IMG/VR virus record: IMGVR_UViG_3300002091_000037
Coordinates: 1 to 54,495 of that record
Reading direction: 5' to 3' (one strand)
Length of the DNA: 54,495 nucleotides
Origin: a virus
Taxonomy: Duplodnaviria; Caudoviricetes
The notes under the pieces were generated by a model that searched no databases, was not told the DNA's origin, and worked only from the letters and a program-made list of their open reading frames with translations. Each line of letters begins with the position of its first letter. Position 1 is the stretch's first letter. Of the stretch, positions 28,665-36,521 are shown piece after piece. The translations under genes and the position numbers were made by a program.

Positions 28665-28990
28665 AGATTAGCGTCGTAAAAGCGTCGAACATGGCTCATA
28701 AAGGCGTCTTTACTAAAGGTTCCGCCTTCAATTCGTGTGCCTTCTGAGTCGAGTATATACAGCTCTACTCTATCTGTATATTGATCATCAATTACTATTT
28801 CTATATTGCCTACATCTAAGGCAACAACTGGTGTAGCATCAATACTGCCTTTATGTTCTACTTTGTAACGCATTTCTTGTTCTCCTTGTGTTAACCATTC
28901 TACGAATTGTTTATTGGCTTGTTCATTGTCCCATTCAGCACGTTGCCGTGCCGCGGCCTCTTTAATCTTGCCAAGCGAAGATGGTGTCAT
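28661..28990 (-). CDS. Hypothetical protein (start uncertain: ATG 28990, or in-frame ATG 28873 with AAGGAG RBS)
   Basis: Last gene of the minus-strand operon. Confidence 0.6.
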   Translation of the reverse strand: MTPSSLGKIKEAAARQRAEWDNEQANKQFVEWLTQGEQEMRYKVEHKGSIDATPVVALDVGNIEIVIDDQYTDRVELYILDSEGTRIEGGTFSKDAFMSHVRRFYDANL

Positions 28991-29669
28991 TTGTAATCTC
29001 CACTGCTTGGTATCCAGACTTAATAAATCTATCAATTAATTTTTGTCTGTTGAATTGCAAGTTGCCAGGCCAAGCTGTTTGTTCCCTGTTAGTTTGATGC
29101 ACTTCTACGAACCAACGGTCAATTTTTTTAACTACTGGATCTAACAGTAGTTCAGTAATGGCAGACATTTCACCACCTTCAATATCACATTTGACAAAGT
29201 CCACATGTGACAAATTGTTTTCTTTTAAGATAGTCTCTATGGTTTTTGCGTCAACAGAGATCTGTTGTCCATTTTGATTTACAGACACACTATTGATAGT
29301 GGGATTGTCATGTATGTAAAAATCAATAACACCATCATGGTCACTGAGTGCCGCAGGTATAATGGTTATTTTATCATTGTCTTGACACATTACTCGTAAT
29401 ACTGCCAATGTTGCAGGTGTAGGTTCAATGGCATAGACATGTTTAGCACTGTCTTGTGCATATAAACTAAACAATCCAATATTGGCACCAAAGTCCAATA
29501 TTACAAAGTCTTCTTTGTCTGCTAACACAGCATCATATAACCGTTCTGAGTTAATTTGATTTAAAATAAATTCTACTTGTGTTTCCTGTGTGCGGGCAAA
29601 CCATTGTGCAATCAAAGGATTGCCTAGGTCAATATCAATGGCACGTTGTTTACTGGTTATGATTTTCAT
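28962..29669 (-). CDS. FkbM-family SAM-dependent methyltransferase
   Basis: ILDFGANIGLFS, YAIEP and DFVKCDIEGGE motifs. Confidence 0.9.
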   Translation of the reverse strand: MKIITSKQRAIDIDLGNPLIAQWFARTQETQVEFILNQINSERLYDAVLADKEDFVILDFGANIGLFSLYAQDSAKHVYAIEPTPATLAVLRVMCQDNDKITIIPAALSDHDGVIDFYIHDNPTINSVSVNQNGQQISVDAKTIETILKENNLSHVDFVKCDIEGGEMSAITELLLDPVVKKIDRWFVEVHQTNREQTAWPGNLQFNRQKLIDRFIKSGYQAVEITNDTIFAWQD

Positions 29670-29935
29670 TATCTTATTATGGCATTAATGTTATTTTGGT
29701 CAACAATGTAGTATTTTTGACCAGCATGTTCAATCAAGCCCACGCTTTGCCAGTTTACGCTAATGGCATCACCAACTTGCAATCCTTCAATATCTACTTT
29801 TTCACCAATGCTGGTGACGTAGCCCAGGGGATTGGATTCTGTTTCGGGATTACTTAAAATAATACCACTGTCTGTTTGCTTTTGAACTTCCCGACGTGTG
29901 AATAAGACTCTGGTCTTTACTGCTTGTATACTCAT
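29669..29935 (-). CDS. groES: Co-chaperonin GroES (Cpn10)-like protein
   Basis: 88 aa; mobile loop QTDSGIIL, GYVTSIG, VGD motifs. Confidence 0.8.
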   Translation of the reverse strand: MSIQAVKTRVLFTRREVQKQTDSGIILSNPETESNPLGYVTSIGEKVDIEGLQVGDAISVNWQSVGLIEHAGQKYYIVDQNNINAIIR

Positions 29936-30270
29936 GCTATCTCCTTGTATTTTAGTATGAAGTGTGTGGCTTCTGGTGTGTCACCATAGGCATGCTTTGC
30001 GAAATCTATAACATCCATTGCAACACCATTCCACATCCACATTTGTCGTTGTGGTTGTTGTGAATTTAATAAATTGGCATATTGTTGTGCTGATATTGCT
30101 TGGCTCATGCCCTGTTGTGCATATTGGTTATAGGCTTGATTAAATTGTTGTGCGGCCGACTGACTCAACTGTCCGAGATTCATGCCTTGTGTTTGATTTT
30201 GGGCTTGTTGGTATTGTTGTGCTGCTTGTTGTGAAAATGTTATGCCCTGTAATAGTGGATTATATGCCAT
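29932..30270 (-). CDS. Gln-rich hypothetical protein
   Basis: Coupled by overlaps within the operon; low-complexity Gln tract. Confidence 0.6.
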   Translation of the reverse strand: MAYNPLLQGITFSQQAAQQYQQAQNQTQGMNLGQLSQSAAQQFNQAYNQYAQQGMSQAISAQQYANLLNSQQPQRQMWMWNGVAMDVIDFAKHAYGDTPEATHFILKYKEIA

Positions 30271-30800
30271 TACAAATCCTCCCCGATGCGTCGAATGGCC
30301 AACAGACCCACACGTTGAAATCCAAATATATCATGTAAACGCATGAATGCCTCTTGCTCGGCTCTTATACTGCTGCTGACTAAAACTGGTATCCCATGTA
30401 AGTGTGCCCATAGAATCCATGTCTGCAGCATTTGTGCTAGTATACGTATTCTTGTGCGTGTGGGCAATGATAAATCCACGTGTGCAATAGCTGCTTCTGC
30501 CATTTCTTCTGTGCTGTAGGGTGTATATTGTCCACGCTTGCACCAAGCATAACCCATAAGTGCATTGGTGGTTCGGTGTCGTGCAACAATAACCTGTTCA
30601 CGACTTAATTGATATTTTTGTTCGTTTATGGCCTGCTTTAGGCTGTATGTGTATGCAGCAGGACTGGGTGTTAGCAATCCTGCTAGTTCACGTTGGTATT
30701 CAGCAACTGCCATTGTGACCATTTCTGGTATGTCTTCGTATTCGGCAAGTCGCCATGACCAAGTGTCAGACTCTTTTGGTAAAAATTTATCAGTTGTCAT
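30270..30800 (-). CDS. Putative GNAT-fold acetyltransferase
   Basis: WRLAEYEDIPEM N-terminus and FMRLHDIFGF C-terminus resemble GNAT; minus-strand TAAATA at 30820-30825. Confidence 0.55.
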   Translation of the reverse strand: MTTDKFLPKESDTWSWRLAEYEDIPEMVTMAVAEYQRELAGLLTPSPAAYTYSLKQAINEQKYQLSREQVIVARHRTTNALMGYAWCKRGQYTPYSTEEMAEAAIAHVDLSLPTRTRIRILAQMLQTWILWAHLHGIPVLVSSSIRAEQEAFMRLHDIFGFQRVGLLAIRRIGEDL

Positions 30801-30875
30801 TTCAATTCCTGTGTATTTTTATTTAGCCTTTGTGCTATAATATAAATATTATACGTATTTAGTAAAGGAAATGCA

Positions 30876-31406
30876 ATGGCAAGAGATTTAAGCAGATATA
30901 CACGTTTGGGCAACTACCTATTTGATCAAAACAAGTTTTTGGACTACTGTGATGAACAGCCAGATGGATGTATCCTTTTTCGGGGAGGTCGGCACAGGCA
31001 AGGTTATGGCATGTGTTCAGGCATCAGAGTGCATGACGACAAACGCATCATGCAAGTGGCACATCGTGTATCAATGATGTTCAAATTAAATCGCGAACTC
31101 AAGCGCGAAGAAAATGTAATACATTTGTGTAGCAATAATCTCTGCGTAAACCCAAAACATTTGTTAGTTGGTGACACTTACAAGCGCAGTGAAATAATGG
31201 TAGCCAAAGGACACACATGGCATCACCACAAAAAGAATTTGGAACCACGCAAACAGTTGGGACGCAATTACAAATGGACCGAAGAAGAAATACAGTTTGC
31301 ACGTGCCAATGATTCAAAGACAGTGGCAGCACGTTTTGGTATCACACGTGAACAAGCCAGCAAAATGAAATATGAATGCAAAAACTTATATAAGTGGCTG
31401 GACTGA
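30876..31406 (+). CDS. HNH endonuclease
   Basis: GYG...AHRVS...VIHLCSNNLCVNPKHL His-Me finger; C-terminal HTH-like segment; TATAAATA at 30841-30848. Confidence 0.85.
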   Translation: MARDLSRYTRLGNYLFDQNKFLDYCDEQPDGCILFRGGRHRQGYGMCSGIRVHDDKRIMQVAHRVSMMFKLNRELKREENVIHLCSNNLCVNPKHLLVGDTYKRSEIMVAKGHTWHHHKKNLEPRKQLGRNYKWTEEEIQFARANDSKTVAARFGITREQASKMKYECKNLYKWLD

Positions 31407-31633
31407 TTTGGGCCTGCAGTGGAAACCAGAAAAAATTACTCTGCGCCATCCTCAGATGTCTGGTTAACTCCAGCCAAATTATTTACTCTAAATACTTTAC
31501 AAGAGGTATTTTGCAAGTTATACTAAATACTTAACGCAGGTGATAAAACAATCTACGCAATGTAGAGAGTTGTTTGGCCAGGACACATCTTATTCCGAAT
31601 GTGGCGAAATCGGAATTCCTAAACAAACAACTT

Positions 31634-32071
31634 ATGAAAATAGATTTATACAACAACACTGAAACATTTTTTAAAGAGTCTCGACAAGATTCTAATGTTA
31701 ACCAATGGCTTCGAAGCAAAGGCATTGACATTAAAGATTTACAGGGACATGATCAAATTAGTGATGTAATCACATTGATCAATATCAAAGACTATCTTTG
31801 GCATAGAATGAATCCCATTGAGCAGGTGACATGGCATGCTTATTGGGATATAGTTTATCGTAAAGGATATCCACTTAATCAAAAGTTTTGGAAAAAGTTT
31901 AACACAATTGTTATGGCAATAGATCAACGCGAACACATTATGGCACAACGTAGACAACAAATTAGAACCCTTAAAAACAAGGATCAAAATAATCAGGCTA
32001 AAGGATCCGACCAGCCCCAAGTAACTTATACGAAAAGGGATGAACTGGGGTGCCGTGCGGTGTCGAACTAA
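31634..32071 (+). CDS. Hypothetical protein whose 3' end overlaps a structured region
   Basis: ORF with ATG at 31634; no recognisable motif. Confidence 0.6.
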   Translation: MKIDLYNNTETFFKESRQDSNVNQWLRSKGIDIKDLQGHDQISDVITLINIKDYLWHRMNPIEQVTWHAYWDIVYRKGYPLNQKFWKKFNTIVMAIDQREHIMAQRRQQIRTLKNKDQNNQAKGSDQPQVTYTKRDELGCRAVSN

Positions 32072-32255
32072 GTTCGGCGGGGAGTAGGAGATAGCCAAAG
32101 GTCTCCCCAATAATTACCGTGTATAAGTAACCTCGCTGAAAGGCCGCCTCTTATGGGGACGATGGATGTTCAGTTGGAGTTAGTGGAACGACTAGATGTA
32201 ATTTCTCTTTTTTTAAGAACTTTACATTTAGCCGTGCCTTGACTCCAGCTGGATG
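32010..32255 (+). ncRNA. Candidate structured RNA or single-stranded origin element
   Basis: 32167-32183 pairs with 32239-32255 over 17 consecutive positions including 7 G-U pairs, with an inner stem; further stems at 32061-32079 and 32024-32032/32120-32128. Confidence 0.45.
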
Positions 32256-32281
32256 ATAGTTTAAATTATTAATTGATCAAT

Positions 32282-32358
32282 TGCTGATATAAAAATTACA
32301 TGTGATCAAGTGAAACGGATCACATGTTTTATATCTAGCACATCTGCGTAGCAGATGT
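32282..32358. repeat. Two adjacent inverted repeats
   Basis: Long imperfect IR 32282-32340 (core ACATGTGATC/GATCACATGT) and ACATCTGC-GTA-GCAGATGT (32340-32358). Confidence 0.8.
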
Positions 32359-32390
32359 TTTATTACCACTAGCACCTGAAAGGAAATGAC

Positions 32391-32711
32391 ATGCGTTTAT
32401 GTGAAGTAATTGAAGAACTAAATCTTGATAATGACTCAAGTGATTACGTAATTAATAATATCATAAGACTTTATACTGATAGAGATATGATAGAATTAAG
32501 TAATCAATTCCTTAAAGGACTAGATCGAAATCATCGAGTTCCCGGTGCGGTAATTGATACATTATGGGGTATATGTCAATGGTATCATGAGAGACATGAG
32601 TCCTGTCCATTTGATATATTAACTCCGAAACAGAAGTTTTACATATTGGGTAATACCATTAAGTATTGGTCAAATATATCAGCACAAACTCGTGCAAACC
32701 TAATGATTTGA
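32391..32711 (+). CDS. Hypothetical protein
   Basis: AAGGA RBS; no recognisable motif. Confidence 0.65.
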   Translation: MRLCEVIEELNLDNDSSDYVINNIIRLYTDRDMIELSNQFLKGLDRNHRVPGAVIDTLWGICQWYHERHESCPFDILTPKQKFYILGNTIKYWSNISAQTRANLMI

Positions 32712-32736
32712 CAGTATTTGTATAAATAACTATAAT
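32708..32736 (+). promoter_or_regulatory. Perfect sigma70 consensus promoter with TATAAATA in the spacer
   Basis: TTGACA (32708-32713), 17 nt, TATAAT (32731-32736); TATAAATA at 32721-32728. Confidence 0.85.
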
Positions 32737-32756
32737 ACGTATATAGGAGAAATCGA

Positions 32757-33137
32757 ATGACATACCAATACATATTAGTTGACATAGCAGAACAAAACAG
32801 TCGACTCAATGGTGGCGAGTTCTATAGATTAACTTGGGTTTGCATGGACGACATGACCCGTTGGGAAACTGATGTGCAGGACAACTATAGAAACTACCTT
32901 AGGAATGGTTGGCGTAGCATAGTGCATCAAAAGTTATGGGGTGTATATGAAGGACTAACACGCAGTAGTAGAAACACTACCAGAAACATAGGTGTCATAA
33001 CTGCAGACTCACGGCCAGTTTGTGTTATACCAATTAACAGACAAGATACCGCAATTGAAGTTGTGCTATTGGAACAAGAACGCATTGCTAATGCACAACG
33101 CAATCAACTGTTTGATCAAGTGTTTGTGAGTGTATGA
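32757..33137 (+). CDS. Hypothetical early protein
   Basis: AGGAG RBS behind a consensus promoter. Confidence 0.75.
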   Translation: MTYQYILVDIAEQNSRLNGGEFYRLTWVCMDDMTRWETDVQDNYRNYLRNGWRSIVHQKLWGVYEGLTRSSRNTTRNIGVITADSRPVCVIPINRQDTAIEVVLLEQERIANAQRNQLFDQVFVSV

Positions 33138-33343
33138 AACACTACAGCATCAGTTGGCAATCAATACGCACCAATAGACATTTGGAACAGTTGTTGATGC
33201 CTTATCTAGAGCACAACAGTCATTACCAATTGGTGCAAATGACCCCAGATCGTGGTGCACGAACACACTGGCATTTACACATACCCCAAACAGATGCCAA
33301 CATAGAGTTTGTTATATTGTCAGCACCGGGCACTTGGGTATAA
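33134..33343 (+). CDS. Hypothetical protein, 69 aa
   Basis: ATGA overlap; stop codon abuts the boundary repeat/terminator. Confidence 0.65.
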   Translation: MKHYSISWQSIRTNRHLEQLLMPYLEHNSHYQLVQMTPDRGARTHWHLHIPQTDANIEFVILSAPGTWV

Positions 33344-33434
33344 AAGACAAAGCCCCATTTCTGGGGCAGTGTCCATCTTCTAGGAAAAATAGAAATTGTA
33401 TCAACTATGGCAATAGTATCTACACAATTATTTA
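33344..33434. repeat. Unit-boundary conserved sequence, copy 2 (includes terminator hairpin)
   Basis: Matches 125-215. Confidence 0.9.
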
Positions 33435-33740
33435 TCCCGAGATATCTGTGATAATATTAGAACCTGCCGATTCACGCAGCAGACGCAAACGCTCTTCGGC
33501 AGCAGCTTCTTCTCTACGATCCTGTTCTACTTGACGCACCAATTCAAGATATTCGGGTGCAAACTGCCCATCACGTATCCAACCCATATGCACTAGATGC
33601 ACATACTTCATGATGTCTTCTTCTGTGGCTCCACTTTGTTCCATTAATAATACAGCAGTTTCAAAGGCATGCATCACTGACAGTGCTGGTGGCTTGTGAA
33701 ACTTATTGGCGTGGGCGGGGTATCGCTCTGTTCTTGTCAT
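33432..33740 (-). CDS. Conserved hypothetical protein
   Basis: Homologue of 213..533. Confidence 0.8.
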   Translation of the reverse strand: MTRTERYPAHANKFHKPPALSVMHAFETAVLLMEQSGATEEDIMKYVHLVHMGWIRDGQFAPEYLELVRQVEQDRREEAAAEERLRLLRESAGSNIITDISG

Positions 33741-33781
33741 AATAATTCCTTTTGGTTAGTCGACTGTAAATATTTACACTT

Positions 33782-34135
33782 ATGCTCGTCACCATCTATA
33801 AAGTCCTGTATCCAGGCATTGAACAGGTCAATCAATACTACAAATGGAAACATGAATTCCCTGAGACCAAATTGGTTAAGGAAAATCGTGCCGGCCCACC
33901 CAAGAAGATACGTGGCACTACAACATGTCCGGGCTGTGGTAAGACATTAAGTTACAGCCAAATCTACACAGATCAACACAAGTGCCCGGGAACACTAACT
34001 GCCCATCCAGTAAAGCCACGTGGACATAAACCAGGTAAACCCAGTAAAAGCGAACTGGCTCAAAAGTGGCAACAGTATGTGCAAGACAATGATCATCCCA
34101 TAACATTCAGTGAAAGTGGCGAAACTGAGGATTGA
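33782..34135 (+). CDS. Putative zinc-finger DNA-binding protein
   Basis: CPGCG...HKC; homologue of 570..908. Confidence 0.7.
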   Translation: MLVTIYKVLYPGIEQVNQYYKWKHEFPETKLVKENRAGPPKKIRGTTTCPGCGKTLSYSQIYTDQHKCPGTLTAHPVKPRGHKPGKPSKSELAQKWQQYVQDNDHPITFSESGETED

Positions 34136-34160
34136 CACTAAATACACAAAGCAGTATAAT
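34132..34160 (+). promoter_or_regulatory. Perfect sigma70 consensus promoter with TAAATA in the spacer
   Basis: TTGACA (34132-34137), 17 nt, TATAAT (34155-34160); orthologous to 925-953. Confidence 0.85.
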
Positions 34161-34193
34161 ACATACACATTGTTAAACAATAGGAGGCTTACA

Positions 34194-34382
34194 ATGAGAA
34201 TTTTAGATAATGATCCCCAGGGATCAAATGGTGGCACATTATTTGAAATGTCAGATGGTGAACAAATTAGACTTCTTGATATATTAAAAATGGAAAATCC
34301 TAATGAAAAATACAATGTCGTCATTGACAATATTCTTACATATGAAGAAGCAGTTCGCAGACATATGAGACATCACAGATAA
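34194..34382 (+). CDS. Small hypothetical cargo protein, 62 aa
   Basis: AGGAGG RBS (34182-34187); occupies the slot of 1045..1410 but is unrelated to it. Confidence 0.7.
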   Translation: MRILDNDPQGSNGGTLFEMSDGEQIRLLDILKMENPNEKYNVVIDNILTYEEAVRRHMRHHR

Positions 34383-34412
34383 AACCTAAAGCCTCCAAGT
34401 TTATAGGTTTTG

Positions 34413-34439
34413 GCCCAGTTGAGAGAGTCTGGGCTTTTT
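34413..34439 (+). terminator. Intrinsic terminator after the cargo gene
   Basis: GCCCAG...CTGGGC-TTTTT. Confidence 0.7.
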
Positions 34440-34508
34440 CATGACAGACCAGGCGCCCACCAGCCGCTAACTTGAATTTCAATCATCTTTTCATCCATAA
34501 ATAAACAT

Positions 34509-34856
34509 ATGACAACACAGAAAAAATCATCAGGCCACGGTGGAGCAAGGCCAGGAGCCGGTCGACCCAAGGGGTCCGGTAACCGTGTGAACCTTGAAGA
34601 CCTAATGCAGGACTTGGAATTAGAAACCAACATGCCATTCACGCAACGCTTGGCCATCAATTATTCAGCCGCCATCTCGCGTGAGGATTGGGGCCGTGTG
34701 GAGAACTATGATCGTGCATTCCTCAACAAGTTGGTTGGCGATCGTCAACACATTGAAGTCACAGACAGTCAAGAAACCATAGACACCAAACGTGCTGCAT
34801 TTGCCGAATCCCTGGCAGCACTCACAGGCATTAAGAACAACAAGGAATCAGAATAA
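34509..34856 (+). CDS. terS: Probable terminase small subunit
   Basis: GGARPGAGRPKGS motif; homologue of 1418..1780. Confidence 0.6.
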   Translation: MTTQKKSSGHGGARPGAGRPKGSGNRVNLEDLMQDLELETNMPFTQRLAINYSAAISREDWGRVENYDRAFLNKLVGDRQHIEVTDSQETIDTKRAAFAESLAALTGIKNNKESE

Positions 34857-35776
34857 TGGCCCTAGTATCAAAGTCAGCCGCCGCAGTAAGAACACCCACC
34901 CCAGTGGCAGCACCAAAAGCCCCAGCTGCTAATCCATTTGCAGCTGCAGTGGTGACCCGCCCAGGAGTTGCCGCACAGCCTGCAGCCACATTGAATCAAA
35001 ATGTCAGTTCAATCCTGGCACAACAACAAGCTGCACGTGATGCGGTGGCACGTCAACAGGCTGCACAAGCTCAAGCTCAAGCACAGGCCCAACAGGCTCA
35101 GATGGCACAACGTCAACAACAAGCTGCTCAGCAAGCGGCACAAGCACAACTGGCACAACAAAACGCATTACAAGCACACCTGGATCAAGTGACACGTGAC
35201 ACGGCAGCACGACAACAAGCTGCAACTGCGGCAGCGCAACAACAAGCAGCCCAACAGGTGGCAGCCCAGGCAGCTGCTCAACAGGCAGCACAAGCACAAG
35301 CAGCCGAACAGATTCGAGCTGCCAATGCTGCTTATGCGGCACAACAGGCTGCAAAGACTGCACCTGCAGCTGCACCACAGCCTGTGCCTCAACCAGTTCA
35401 ACAACCTGTTCAACAGGCTCCGACATACCTGGCACAAGTATCTCCTGTTGGCGGTGGACGCAATTGGGTTCAGAATAATCCCGATGGCAGTTTTACTAAT
35501 TACCTAGGAACCTTTAAAAATCAATTGGACTTTCAGAAAGCACAGTTGCCAGAATATATACAACAGTATAATCAATCAGGTGGTCAGATTATAGATCCAG
35601 CACAACAGTTTAGTGATCTTTATAAATCAAATCCTGAATTATTTCCACCACCACCAGCGCAACAGCCCAACACCGGCATCATGGCCTTGGCACCAACAAT
35701 GCCTGGTGCTCAAGTGTCTGCGTTACGTCAAGCAGGTATACTTCCTGGACCATTGACAACAACTGTTGGAGTCTGA
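34856..35776 (+). CDS. Gln/Ala/Pro-rich protein (unit B insertion)
   Basis: TAATG coupling to terS; long QQAAAQ coiled coil. Confidence 0.7.
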   Translation: MALVSKSAAAVRTPTPVAAPKAPAANPFAAAVVTRPGVAAQPAATLNQNVSSILAQQQAARDAVARQQAAQAQAQAQAQQAQMAQRQQQAAQQAAQAQLAQQNALQAHLDQVTRDTAARQQAATAAAQQQAAQQVAAQAAAQQAAQAQAAEQIRAANAAYAAQQAAKTAPAAAPQPVPQPVQQPVQQAPTYLAQVSPVGGGRNWVQNNPDGSFTNYLGTFKNQLDFQKAQLPEYIQQYNQSGGQIIDPAQQFSDLYKSNPELFPPPPAQQPNTGIMALAPTMPGAQVSALRQAGILPGPLTTTVGV

Positions 35777-35777
35777 T

Positions 35778-35984
35778 ATGCAATTACCAACAGGCAGACT
35801 AGGCATTACTGGACACAGCACACGTGGTGAGGCAAAAACGCACAAGACCTTTGAGGTTGAACCACACAGTGCCAGACAAGCACGTATCTCAGCCGACTAC
35901 CATGGCCGGACTGTGGACCGTATGAATCCTTCACGGCGTCGGGACAATGCAGTGCGTTACCCACAAACAGGCCTGGGTGGATGA
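35778..35984 (+). CDS. Hypothetical protein (unit B insertion)
   Basis: ATG directly after the previous stop, GGAG upstream; ATGA overlap downstream. Confidence 0.55.
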   Translation: MQLPTGRLGITGHSTRGEAKTHKTFEVEPHSARQARISADYHGRTVDRMNPSRRRDNAVRYPQTGLGG

Positions 35985-36205
35985 AAACAAGTTTCCTACC
36001 TAGACCCAGTAGGGTCATCAGACCTGCTCCTGTAGCAGAGCCCGAGTTCTCAGGGCCAAGTCATGTCTTGCCCCAGAAATTTACACCCACTTGGGACATG
36101 GAACCTGAGCGTCCTTTTCAATCTGCTTATGCACCCTTTCCACAGGCACCAGATCCCAATGCACACCTAAGTGCGGATCTCGAGCCATTTTACAGAACTA
36201 AATAA
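35981..36205 (+). CDS. Pro-rich hypothetical protein (unit B insertion)
   Basis: Coupled ORF filling the operon. Confidence 0.5.
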   Translation: MKTSFLPRPSRVIRPAPVAEPEFSGPSHVLPQKFTPTWDMEPERPFQSAYAPFPQAPDPNAHLSADLEPFYRTK

Positions 36206-36224
36206 CAGTATAGACATTATTGAA

Positions 36225-36521
36225 ATGAAAAGTAAATTTGCAAACAACGGGACACTTAGCCCCGAACGTAAGTTGAAAGCTAGGCGTGATGATGCTAAGG
36301 CACGTTATGGATTAAGTTTAGAAGAGGCTGATTACTTACGTAGTCAACTTTGTGATATATGTGGAGTGAAAGCAAAGAAGATGTGTATCGATCATAAGAT
36401 ACCAAAAACATACAGAGGTGTGTTATGTCAACAGTGCAACACTCGACTAGGATGGTTTGAGAAATATAGAGAAGTCATAGAAGACTACGCAGAAAGAGGA
36501 CCGCAGAATGCCGTTAATTAA
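36225..36521 (+). CDS. Endonuclease VII-family nuclease (homing-type)
   Basis: YGLS...CDICG...IDH...RGVLCQQCNTRLG; own TAAATA at 36199-36204; absent from unit A. Confidence 0.85.
   Translation: MKSKFANNGTLSPERKLKARRDDAKARYGLSLEEADYLRSQLCDICGVKAKKMCIDHKIPKTYRGVLCQQCNTRLGWFEKYREVIEDYAERGPQNAVN

Larger units (their letters stand above)
125..33343 (+). mobile_element. Phage unit A: complete ~33.2-kb P22-like/podovirus-type genome unit
   Basis: Gene order terS...terL-portal-scaffold-MCP-adaptor-fibre-tail hub-ejection proteins; bounded by two copies of a ~91-bp sequence (125-215 and 33344-33434), after which the same gene order restarts. Confidence 0.85.

Noticed and set aside
32010-32255. Retron msr-msd or self-splicing intron
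   Set aside because: No reverse transcriptase or maturase in the unit, no interrupted gene, and no intron core motifs that I can recognise
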